Positions 21,731 to 30,199 of a stretch of 36,851 nt of DNA are shown here, one piece after another (positions within the stretch are counted from its first letter, which is position 1; the number at the start of each line of letters is the position of its first letter). The translations under genes and the position numbers were made by a program. The stretch is from a virus. The DNA is taken from the IMG/VR virus record IMGVR_UViG_3300029267_000784, positions 1-36,851 of that record; one strand, 5' to 3'. The notes under the pieces were generated by a model, which saw only the letters and a program-made list of their open reading frames with translations, was not told the origin of the DNA and ran no database searches.

Positions 21731-24519
21731 CAATCTTTTGTCCTCGCACCTTTGATTTTTAATGTGCCGACATTCCCTGTTCCCGAAGTCGGTATATAAA
21801 ATAATCCATACATTGAAGGAACGGTTGCATCATTGAACGTACCACCCCGCCACGTGGTGTCTGCCGTTACATCACCACTCCATACGTCCGTACCTGCTGA
21901 ATCAGGCGTATCCATTGAACGCTGTTCCACCATTCCCGTTATTGTCCCGCCGTTTACAGTCATTGTCATTGTCGTTATGGTAGTAGCAAATTCCCAAACA
22001 TCATCTATCGGTCCGTAAGCAACCCCAGCAGTCAAATTATTTGGTGTTGATATACATACTGTAAAGGTTGAGCATAACTGTTCAAATACATAGTCAATGA
22101 CCCCTGCGGACAGGTGTTCATAATCTATCGAACCGTCGTTGTAGTGTTCAGAATCAATACTATTATCAGCAAGTTTTGTCTCATCAATTACGTCCGCCGC
22201 AAGATGAACAGCGTCTATTGACCCGTCATTGTAATGCTCGCTGTCAATACCGTTGTCAGCTATTTTTGATTCATCAATTACATCTGCCGCCAAGTGTTCA
22301 GCATCTATAGATCCTGCCGCATAATCGTCCGAATCTATCGTATCGTTTTTAATATCTGCACTTACTATCATACTGTCGGTCAATGCCCCTTCTGTTATTG
22401 TTACCGCTCCGGCAAAATTAGCCGTTGCGCCGGTTACCGTGCCTGTTGATTCTATGTTCGTATTAATCTTAAGGTCACACCCTGTTCCAACATCAATCCG
22501 GGCATCTGTTCTGTCGTGATATAAACACATATAATCAGTCGTTGAATCAGTCGCTCCACGCCCTGACATTATGAAAAATTTGGGGTCAATGGTTGTAGGA
22601 TGCCCATAGGTATTTTGTTTATTGTCTATCTGTAAAAAGTATAAATTCCCGCTTTTCGTAACGCCGTTCGTGTCTACCGCAATATAAGCATGGTCGTTCC
22701 CCGAAGATGTCCATCCAAATTCAGCATTGCCGTTTTCACTGTCTACAAGAACAGCATCGCATTGTATATCATCTGAAGCATACACTTTCCCTTGATAATT
22801 TATGCTAAACATTGTTTTAGGTGTTCCGTCGGCATCATCTGAACATTTTATATATGCCGCATTAGCGTCATTGTTATCAGTATATTTTAAATCAAGTAAA
22901 TACATTGTCCCCGTAACATCACCCGTTGTATTATGTATAGTAAATAAAGAATCTGTCCCAGAAATACTTGCCGCCATAGTATCAGATGAATCGCTGGTTA
23001 CATAGTTGCCGCCGCCCCCTGCATTATCATCAACATATTTTTTGTTTGCAACCTCATAATCAGCATCAGGTGCGGCACTTGGTGTAACAGGAAATGTGCC
23101 GAAAACTAAATCATCTTTTAAATCATCGCCAGTAACGGTATTGTCTGCCAGAGAACCTTCTGTTACCATAGGCTCGTAGTTTCCGTTTACAAAGTCATAT
23201 ATTTGATCGCAGTTTGATATATGGGTTGTATCACCGTTAGAAGGTGTCGCTGTTGATAACCTGATATACGTTGTTGTACCGATTTTATCCCCCTGAAATT
23301 GATTTTGAAAACTTATTGCCATTGTCGGGGATGATTTTTCTACATCATCAACCCCTACCCATAATGAAGATGTGCCCCCGCCGGATACGGCACTTGTTAC
23401 CCAGTTTGAACCGTTCCATTGTATATACTCACCTGAACCCGGCGCACCTGAAACAAAATCATGCAGATTAACCTTACCAGCAGTGTTGTCAGTTGCAAAA
23501 TCAATATCCCCGTCATCTACATCATCAGCAACATCATCATCAAGGTAATTCTGGGCTGAATGATCGCCCCACCCATAGGCAGTATCCCAGTTGCCGGAAT
23601 CCTCAACTTTACTTTTGCTTAACGTACCATCTGCGAGATCAGTCAAATCATCATCAGCGGGCTGATATACTCCCGCATGCGTATGAGTACCGGCCGCAAC
23701 CTCATTATTTCCAGTCCCGGTATCACTCCATGTCAAATACCCTGAATCATTTGTCCAAACTGATATATTCCCGCTCATACTGGCATTGCTGAAATTAGGG
23801 CTACTGCCGCTTGTTACATCTTGATCTATATAGGTATGATCTGTTCCGTTTGATGTTCTATGGGTTGTATTTAAAGCTGTTGCAGTTTCAAGGGTTTGTG
23901 TTGATGTCCATAGGCTTGCGATATAACCGTCAAGCGTAGATGTGGATGTTTCAAGATTTGTGATACTGGTTGCCAGTGTTCCCGTTGACGTTTCCAGGTT
24001 TGTAATAGCCGTCTCTAATTGTGCATGAGTAAGCGTCCCTGTAGATGTCAGCCCGGTATGATCGGTTATACCCCCGCCGCCTGCTGTCGGGGATGATACT
24101 TGTATTGTACCGTCGCCCCATTTAATAGAATCAAGGATTAATTGTATTGTTGCTGTTATTGATGAACCGTCATAGGTAAACCCCGCTATCCCGCCGAATG
24201 AACCAGCATTATTATATTGTATTTGTGTATCTGCTCCACCCGGTGATGTGCCTGCGCCGCCCTGTGTTAAATCGTACTCTGTCCCTGCATCATTCTTGTA
24301 GTACATTTTGCCGTCCGGCTTTATAAATAAATACCCTTTATTTGCCGCAGGCGTTGAAGCCCCGTCCATTTCTGTAAACCCGAGAGCATACATAACCGTT
24401 ACCGAAGGCACGTCAATAATATAATCATCTGAACCCAGCCGGTAGACTATGGCAAATAACGGGTTGCTGAATAACAGGATTGATATTGCTATTATTAATT
24501 TACTGATATTGTATTTCAA
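21730..24519 (-). CDS. 929-aa tail-fibre-like protein with an N-terminal signal/anchor sequence
   Basis: Fibre-type motifs are present: GADTQIQYNNAGSFGG, GTHTHAG, and ~22-aa repeats IDSEHYNDGSIDAVHLAADVIDE at residues 715-810. A TTG start follows the SD GGGAGGAACGA. N-terminus MKYNISKLIIAISILLFSNPLFA. Confidence 0.6.
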   Translation of the reverse strand: MKYNISKLIIAISILLFSNPLFAIVYRLGSDDYIIDVPSVTVMYALGFTEMDGASTPAANKGYLFIKPDGKMYYKNDAGTEYDLTQGGAGTSPGGADTQIQYNNAGSFGGIAGFTYDGSSITATIQLILDSIKWGDGTIQVSSPTAGGGGITDHTGLTSTGTLTHAQLETAITNLETSTGTLATSITNLETSTSTLDGYIASLWTSTQTLETATALNTTHRTSNGTDHTYIDQDVTSGSSPNFSNASMSGNISVWTNDSGYLTWSDTGTGNNEVAAGTHTHAGVYQPADDDLTDLADGTLSKSKVEDSGNWDTAYGWGDHSAQNYLDDDVADDVDDGDIDFATDNTAGKVNLHDFVSGAPGSGEYIQWNGSNWVTSAVSGGGTSSLWVGVDDVEKSSPTMAISFQNQFQGDKIGTTTYIRLSTATPSNGDTTHISNCDQIYDFVNGNYEPMVTEGSLADNTVTGDDLKDDLVFGTFPVTPSAAPDADYEVANKKYVDDNAGGGGNYVTSDSSDTMAASISGTDSLFTIHNTTGDVTGTMYLLDLKYTDNNDANAAYIKCSDDADGTPKTMFSINYQGKVYASDDIQCDAVLVDSENGNAEFGWTSSGNDHAYIAVDTNGVTKSGNLYFLQIDNKQNTYGHPTTIDPKFFIMSGRGATDSTTDYMCLYHDRTDARIDVGTGCDLKINTNIESTGTVTGATANFAGAVTITEGALTDSMIVSADIKNDTIDSDDYAAGSIDAEHLAADVIDESKIADNGIDSEHYNDGSIDAVHLAADVIDETKLADNSIDSEHYNDGSIDYEHLSAGVIDYVFEQLCSTFTVCISTPNNLTAGVAYGPIDDVWEFATTITTMTMTVNGGTITGMVEQRSMDTPDSAGTDVWSGDVTADTTWRGGTFNDATVPSMYGLFYIPTSGTGNVGTLKIKGARTKD

Positions 24520-25252
24520 TCGTTCCTCCCTCGCCGGGCTCGGTTGTACCTATGCTTTTAATCTTTATGCCGAATTTCTCTGAAGCCGTGTAATTTATAT
24601 CCGTTATATCCGTTAATTCATCCCGTGAGCCTGCTGTTAACGTAGCAACCCGTGACTGTTCAGCATCATCTTTCAACAAATCAACCGTTATATTCGCACC
24701 CGTCGGCGCAGTATCAGTATGTATGCCAATCTTTTTTATCGTTACTGCATACGGGAAATATAACCCGTTAATAATGGTTTTCTCGTCAACAAACGTACCG
24801 AATACCGGGATTGTTAATATTTTATTAATCACGTCAATATACTCCTGTGCCAACTCAATATATTTGAAATCAAAGATCGCCACATGATGATAAAATCCCA
24901 GTTCCGGGTCATTAAAACACGACCCGCCCACGTTTTTAGCCCATAATACCCGGTATGATGTGCTGGTAATAAGGCTCTGTATAGAGTCCTGCTGGTCAAG
25001 CAGAAATAACACCCTATCCCTGACAGATTTTGACGTGCTGATACTGTCATCAATACAGTTAAATGCCAGCGATATTTCTTTAATATTTTCCTCACTTGAG
25101 CCGATTGCATTTGTTGATATGATGATATAAGGGTCAGTCGCACCATGCGGAGCTTGTGACGGATATATTTTAGAATCTGAAACCGTCGCACCGAGTAATG
25201 ATTTAAGTGTATCATCATTTTTTAAATATGAAATAACATCCAGTTCGATCAT
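24500..25252 (-). CDS. 250-aa tail completion/terminator-like protein (DUF3168-like N-terminus) with an extra C-terminal domain
   Basis: The N-terminal pattern MIELDVISYLKNDDTLKSLLG...KIYPSQAPHGATDPYIII, plus its position after the gp10-like gene. Confidence 0.45.
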   Translation of the reverse strand: MIELDVISYLKNDDTLKSLLGATVSDSKIYPSQAPHGATDPYIIISTNAIGSSEENIKEISLAFNCIDDSISTSKSVRDRVLFLLDQQDSIQSLITSTSYRVLWAKNVGGSCFNDPELGFYHHVAIFDFKYIELAQEYIDVINKILTIPVFGTFVDEKTIINGLYFPYAVTIKKIGIHTDTAPTGANITVDLLKDDAEQSRVATLTAGSRDELTDITDINYTASEKFGIKIKSIGTTEPGEGGTIEIQYQ

Positions 25253-25611
25253 TTAATTTTCTTAATTTCACTTGTCAGTTTTTGTTTTAAATAGTTATTT
25301 CCTGTTTTTAATGCTGGGAATAGATACGGTTTTGCTTTCCTTTTTTGTGTGCCAAACTCAACAAACGGAGCATATATTACATTTGTACCAACCTGCCCAG
25401 TATGTTCTTTTCTTTTATTAATTAATTTATGCGTTATTGAGCTTCGCAGTCTTCCTGTCAATACGGGGCAGTCCTTCTTTGCCTCCCCCTCAACCTTAAT
25501 CGTTGTATTCCTGATAATATCCTCAACTTTACCGTCGCATTTCTCCGATAAAATCTGTAATTTTCTCATGACTTCTTTATCGCCGGTTACCTTAGTCTGT
25601 ACTTGTAGCAT
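25249..25611 (-). CDS. HK97 gp10-family head-tail joining protein
   Basis: DCPVLTGRLRSSI...VGTNVIYAPFVEFGT...AKPYLFPAL is the gp10-family signature. Confidence 0.75.
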   Translation of the reverse strand: MLQVQTKVTGDKEVMRKLQILSEKCDGKVEDIIRNTTIKVEGEAKKDCPVLTGRLRSSITHKLINKRKEHTGQVGTNVIYAPFVEFGTQKRKAKPYLFPALKTGNNYLKQKLTSEIKKIK

Positions 25612-25949
25612 TATGTCACCTTCTTAAGTAAAATCTCTAAATGATGCACGCCGATAGAATCGTATATTTCCTCAACTAATAGAATCGAGTAATTTTCACT
25701 GTCAATAACAATACGGTGGTCTTTACTGTTAATTGTCGGAGCGGCTGGCTTTTTCATAAACAATACATGGGTTGCCGCTTCGTATATTTCCCGGGGTGTA
25801 CCTACCAGCCCGCCGCCTGCTGAATCAATCCGGCATTCAATACCCGTCAATGTATTAGCCCAGCTTTCAATCTTCTGCCCGTAGCTATCCTGTGTCGGCG
25901 TATTGGTCTGTAATGTACACGTTATAGGTAGAAGCCCTGTAAAACTCAT
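25611..25949 (-). CDS. Head closure / head-tail adaptor protein
   Basis: 112 aa, between the gp6-like and gp10-like genes. The pattern ..QDSYGQKIESW...HRIVIDSENYSIL.. fits this family. Confidence 0.55.
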   Translation of the reverse strand: MSFTGLLPITCTLQTNTPTQDSYGQKIESWANTLTGIECRIDSAGGGLVGTPREIYEAATHVLFMKKPAAPTINSKDHRIVIDSENYSILLVEEIYDSIGVHHLEILLKKVT

Positions 25950-26530
25950 ATATGCCGCCTGCGGTATTGATTAAGAACCCCTGCTATATCAGCAGGAACA
26001 GGAATCCCCATTATTAAAATATCGCCTTTATCATAGGTTACGGAATATTTACCCATGCTCTCGGATTTTACTCCTGATTTCATTTTGTTTGTATAGACAA
26101 GCCCTGCTAATTGAGCGCACGCATTACGCAAATCATAGGGCATACTGCCGATTACATATCCGGCGGTATAGGTAACCTTATAATTCTTATGCCCCACTGA
26201 CGTATTATTCCGCATATAGATGTAACCCTCATTCATATATGCCAGGTACTCCTCATTTTCCGTATATGCGTATAATTGCACGTTGTTGTAGGTGTCCCAT
26301 GCTTCAACAAGCGTAAGAGCGGTTACAGGATAGTTTTTTAAATAAATATAATGTGTCCCGTCGCCGTCGTGCGTTTCTTTTGAATGTTCTTGTGATAGAA
26401 ATTTCCGGTTAGTAAAGTTCTCGATAAAATCCGAAGCAATCACAATCAGCATTGTTTTAAGGCTTGCGTCGGATATAGTAGTCTGGAGTATCAACTCCAG
26501 GTCAGCCGAAGTTATTAGAGCATCAGCCAT
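25946..26530 (-). CDS. gp6-like head-tail connector protein
   Basis: N-terminal ..LKTMLIVIASDFIENFTNRKF...YLKNYPVTALTLVE pattern, plus position. Confidence 0.55.
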   Translation of the reverse strand: MADALITSADLELILQTTISDASLKTMLIVIASDFIENFTNRKFLSQEHSKETHDGDGTHYIYLKNYPVTALTLVEAWDTYNNVQLYAYTENEEYLAYMNEGYIYMRNNTSVGHKNYKVTYTAGYVIGSMPYDLRNACAQLAGLVYTNKMKSGVKSESMGKYSVTYDKGDILIMGIPVPADIAGVLNQYRRRHI

Positions 26531-26542
26531 AAATAAGCCCCT

Positions 26543-27136
26543 TTATGGATTTATTTTTTCGTAAAAATCCAAATATACGCCTATATCAGCGGCGGCTTGC
26601 CCGCTTTTATTAACAACTTCGATGATATATAGCGAGCCTGTCCCCACATATTCCGCCTCATTAGCGAACCAGTTAGCAGAATTGAAATATCCTACTGAAT
26701 ACGGAATTAATATCGGAGGCGATACTTGCGTCCCAATATCCGTTATCGTCGGAGTATGATAAAATATAGCTTCCGCATGATCGCCTATGGTATGATTCAA
26801 ATTCCATGAATCCACAACCGTGCCGCTTGATGTAGTAGTGGGATTCATGTAAATATTGACATAGGATTCGGCTGTTGACACAATCGTAACGGTTGCGTGT
26901 ATCTCATCTGAAGTAAATGCTGTTGTAGCAACATCAATCATAAAATATGCTGTTGCATCATTCGCCACATCTTCAAACAGATGCCCGGTACGGTACAACT
27001 GCCCGAGATGTACCTTTGCATGATATTCAGTAACCTCGCCCGTACCTCGGAATGGTTTTGCCGGAACAGTACCTGCATGAATGACAGGAATAATTATTGT
27101 AATTATCCCTAAAGACAGAAGAATCTTTTTAAACAT
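26543..27136 (-). CDS. 197-aa secreted protein of unknown function
   Basis: ORF track; signal peptide MFKKILLSLGIITIIIPVIHAG; SD ATGGGGGTTAACCA. Confidence 0.6.
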   Translation of the reverse strand: MFKKILLSLGIITIIIPVIHAGTVPAKPFRGTGEVTEYHAKVHLGQLYRTGHLFEDVANDATAYFMIDVATTAFTSDEIHATVTIVSTAESYVNIYMNPTTTSSGTVVDSWNLNHTIGDHAEAIFYHTPTITDIGTQVSPPILIPYSVGYFNSANWFANEAEYVGTGSLYIIEVVNKSGQAAADIGVYLDFYEKINP

Positions 27137-27153
27137 TGGTTAACCCCCATTTA

Positions 27154-27193
27154 CCCTATGGGCTGTCGGCGAGAACGCCAGCAACCCATAGGG
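27154..27193 (-). other. Intercistronic hairpin (9-bp outer stem CCCTATGGG/CCCATAGGG with a partly paired interior), no U-tract
   Basis: Arms at 27154..27162 and 27185..27193, between two secreted-protein genes. Confidence 0.6.
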
Positions 27194-27208
27194 ATTTATT
27201 CTTTACGT

Positions 27209-27622
27209 CTACCGGTAGAATATTGTCACGTTCACGGTGCTATTTAAAGAAGATTTTCTCACACAGAGATCATTAACATACCACGGTGATGCCGGTATAG
27301 GGAAATCCATTTGGAATAACCCCTCGGTGTTCGTTGTCGTTGACGGCAAATTGACAACAAACTCCGATGTAACCGTTGTGGTACTGTCTGATTCTGAATA
27401 GAATGTAATATTCTGCGGCTCTGACACATCACTATTTGTAATGACAATCTTGTGGATTTTTGCATACCCGTCAATCTGGGCGGCTGTAGTTTCAACCGTA
27501 GTAACCGCATAGGTAGGAACAGCCACATGGTACACGTCCAGATTTCTTTGATCTGCAAATACAGGAATTCCCTGCATTATCAATAGCGAACATACTGCTA
27601 AACAACTAAATAATTTCTTCAT
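27209..27622 (-). CDS. 137-aa secreted protein of unknown function
   Basis: ORF track; signal peptide MKKLFSCLAVCSLLIMQGIPVFA. Confidence 0.6.
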   Translation of the reverse strand: MKKLFSCLAVCSLLIMQGIPVFADQRNLDVYHVAVPTYAVTTVETTAAQIDGYAKIHKIVITNSDVSEPQNITFYSESDSTTTVTSEFVVNLPSTTTNTEGLFQMDFPIPASPWYVNDLCVRKSSLNSTVNVTIFYR

Positions 27623-27807
27623 TTTATTTTTCTCCTCCCTTTCTTATATTGTTTATTTGGAACATCATCAGTAGAATTTACCGCTTCGCTGTCCACCGGC
27701 TCAATTAAATGAGAATAACGGACAGCCTCGGCATCAGTAAATTCCCTGATTTCACCGATCGAAAAATTAAGATAACCGCCGAAAGCCCTCTTAACTTTAT
27801 ACCGCAT
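27619..27807 (-). CDS. 62-aa hypothetical protein following the capsid gene
   Basis: ORF track 27619..27816. I prefer the ATG at 27807 (MRYKVKRAFGG). Confidence 0.45.
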   Translation of the reverse strand: MRYKVKRAFGGYLNFSIGEIREFTDAEAVRYSHLIEPVDSEAVNSTDDVPNKQYKKGRRKIK

Positions 27808-27808
27808 A

Positions 27809-28978
27809 TTAAGCAACCCCTGTCAGTTTTACAAACCCTTCAGGATTGACTACAACAACACTCCGGCGCATAACGAACCGATAACCGGTCTGGTCAGTCG
27901 TCCAGTAGTTAGCGGCCGCCGCATCAATAGCACTGTTGCTCGTATCAACCTGAATCCCTGCACCTGCACCGGAGGATTTGTACCCCAGCAATACGTTTTT
28001 CCAGTTACCGTACAGTATCTGTGTTGCAACACACTGGCTGGAAAGGTTAATCGGAATCCCGAGGCAGGTCATCTGCATTTTGCCGTTGATTGACTGTAGA
28101 TTCCACAGCGGACGCCCGTTGCCGTCAACCAGCCCCATAATAAGGCTTAATACTGCACGCCTCATATACAGTTCTGCTCCCACATGGTAACGCTCTATAA
28201 GCGCATAATTAACCACGTTTAACAGATCGCTATACGCAAGGTTTGCGCCAGCCTGTGCAACCGCATTCACGCCGGCATCATATCCAACACCCATGAACGG
28301 ATCACCACCGCCGGTGTTACCGGCAAGCACAATCCGCTCCAGCTCAATCGCCATATTTTCACCGACCAGCCGTGATACCTGTTGAGTGATATTTGACGTA
28401 TCGTCCGCAAGGTACTCGTCGGTAAACGTAACGATTGCCGCCATTTTATGGAGAATAGATTGCTTCTGTTGCAAGGTAGGCTTGGTATAATTCTTCGTAC
28501 CTTCCTCATCAACCCATGCAACAACCAGATCAGTAAGCCACTTCGGGATATTTTTTGTAAACCCGTCAATCTGGCCGTGCGGGTACGGTGTACATTTCTG
28601 CACCACCGTAGGCAGGTCATTAAGATACCCCTGAATCACGGTGTCATGCCCGGTAGGTACTGTATAACCGCCCTGCGCTGACGTTCCTTCGGTCATAGAT
28701 GCTTTCAGTATGCTATGATCGTGTTGTTTACAGGCAAGCAGGAATTTGTTTAGCGGAATTTCCTTTTTTTCCGACTCCTGATTTTCAGGTGATTTATTTT
28801 CCGTAAACTTTTTATCAATGTCGGCAAGTATATCTGCCTTCATCTTTTCAAGCTCATCCCGTTTAATGGCATCGGCTTTTACATTGCCGTCATCCTGCCC
28901 TTTTTCTTTCGCTAACGTCGCAAGTAAACCCTGCATATCGTTTACTTGCTTCATTAGTGAGTCTAACTGTACGTCCAT
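27809..28978 (-). CDS. Major capsid protein, HK97 family
   Basis: N-terminal coiled-coil delta-like region, then TSAQGGYTVPTGHD..., at ~390 aa. It directly follows the HK97-type protease. Confidence 0.85.
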   Translation of the reverse strand: MDVQLDSLMKQVNDMQGLLATLAKEKGQDDGNVKADAIKRDELEKMKADILADIDKKFTENKSPENQESEKKEIPLNKFLLACKQHDHSILKASMTEGTSAQGGYTVPTGHDTVIQGYLNDLPTVVQKCTPYPHGQIDGFTKNIPKWLTDLVVAWVDEEGTKNYTKPTLQQKQSILHKMAAIVTFTDEYLADDTSNITQQVSRLVGENMAIELERIVLAGNTGGGDPFMGVGYDAGVNAVAQAGANLAYSDLLNVVNYALIERYHVGAELYMRRAVLSLIMGLVDGNGRPLWNLQSINGKMQMTCLGIPINLSSQCVATQILYGNWKNVLLGYKSSGAGAGIQVDTSNSAIDAAAANYWTTDQTGYRFVMRRSVVVVNPEGFVKLTGVA

Positions 28979-28986
28979 TGCTCCCC

Positions 28987-29880
28987 CTATTTATTCACCA
29001 AGCCGGTAATCCCGTCCTGGAGTACATTTAACTTCTCCTGCAAATCTTTTATTGCTTTTTCGTTCTCCAATTCTGCTTGAAGATTCTTTATTTCCTCGTC
29101 GATAGACTGCTCTGCTTTGCGCAGTTCTTTTTCTCGCTGTAACGATTCAAGTTTCTCCCGTTTTTCTGTCAGTTCCTCAAAATCATAGCTTGCCTGCCCG
29201 GGCCCGGGACGTTCAGCCCTGCGCATCTGCCCGCCGCATTCGGGGCATTTCAAATCTTTGCAGTGCTTCTCCGATTCCATTTTATGGCCGCATTCTATGC
29301 ACTCGCATTTATAGGTTGCCTTCGATATATCAGCAGAAGGAAATAACCGGGCATTCTGCGCAAGATAACTCTTAACAACGAAGTCATGCATTTCCGGTGA
29401 TTTTAACGCTTCGGGATTTGCTGGAATATTCACCGCTGATATTTCAAGCAGTTCCTGGGATTTAAACTCTCTCCCTGGTCTTAATACGGAAGCTGTATTC
29501 TGCTTCCCTTCCTCCGGCTCTATATCAGCCCAATCTATAGGGTCAAACCGTACAGAAAACGCCCGTAAAAACCCTGCTTTGAACATCTGAAATACCTGCT
29601 CGGCAAACGGATTCTGTTCAGCGGTTGCAAACTGCGGACGGAATACCAGCTTTGTGTCATTAACTCTTATATCTTTAGCTTTCGCAACCGGCAGAGATAG
29701 CGAATCATGCCCCCACAACACAACAGGATTCCTGCGGTAATTTTTAAGTTTCCAGCCGTTAGCCCGCAATATATCGCCGTCCCTATCCTTCGATTCAGTT
29801 GAAGCAATGGCAGTAAACGCCCGTTCTTTCTCGCTGAAATCCTTCAATTCGCAATCGTACATCTTTACTATTGGTTGCAT
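28987..29880 (-). CDS. HK97-type prohead protease (S78-like) fused to a zinc ribbon and a coiled-coil scaffold-like tail
   Basis: ASTESKDRDGDILRANGWKLKNYRRNPVVLWGHD is the protease core. YKCECIECGHKMESEKHCKDLKCPECGG sits at 29218..29313, followed by a coiled coil to the stop. Start moved to the ATG at 29880, which follows GGGGAGGAAGAAAGA. Confidence 0.8.
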   Translation of the reverse strand: MQPIVKMYDCELKDFSEKERAFTAIASTESKDRDGDILRANGWKLKNYRRNPVVLWGHDSLSLPVAKAKDIRVNDTKLVFRPQFATAEQNPFAEQVFQMFKAGFLRAFSVRFDPIDWADIEPEEGKQNTASVLRPGREFKSQELLEISAVNIPANPEALKSPEMHDFVVKSYLAQNARLFPSADISKATYKCECIECGHKMESEKHCKDLKCPECGGQMRRAERPGPGQASYDFEELTEKREKLESLQREKELRKAEQSIDEEIKNLQAELENEKAIKDLQEKLNVLQDGITGLVNK

Positions 29881-29973
29881 TCTTTCTTCCTCCCCTGTCG
29901 ATAAATTTATTAGTCTATTTCCTTCCGGCAGTAATTCTTCAGCCCAGTCTTTATTTCTCACGTTTACCTCAAT

Positions 29974-30019
29974 AAAAAAAGCCCAGCAATACAGGTATTT
30001 AACCTGTACGGCTGGGCTT
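29974..30019 (-). terminator. Strong rho-independent terminator between the portal-side genes and the protease
   Basis: The minus strand reads AAGCCCAGC-CGT-ACAGGT-TAAAT-ACCTGT-ATT-GCTGGGCTT followed by a T run. Confidence 0.75.
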
Positions 30020-30040
30020 GATTTTCTCAATACCCCTTAT

Positions 30041-30199
30041 TTAATTGTTAAGGGCTTCCAATTTCAAACTTTTCTCCTCGATAATATGAGTAACCTTTCC
30101 GCTCTGAAATACAATGATAACCTTTCCGAAAAATCGGGCATCAACCCTGCTCATTAAATATTTAGCAATCTTCTGTTTTGCCTCTGCATCCGTTATCAT
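30041..30199 (-). CDS. 52-aa YezD/DUF2292-like mini-protein
   Basis: Hand-translated: MITDAEAKQKIAKYLMSRVDARFFGKVIIVFQSGKVTHIIEEKSLKLEALNN. The G-hydrophobic strand...GKV...EK..K pattern recalls DUF2292 (from memory). Confidence 0.45.
   Translation of the reverse strand: MITDAEAKQKIAKYLMSRVDARFFGKVIIVFQSGKVTHIIEEKSLKLEALNN

Noticed and set aside
29881-30030. N-terminal 50-codon extension of the protease ORF given by the track (start at 30030)
   Set aside because: The extension starts at TTG and runs straight through the strong terminator hairpin and its T run (29974..30019). The ATG at 29880 has a good SD and begins just before the conserved protease core.
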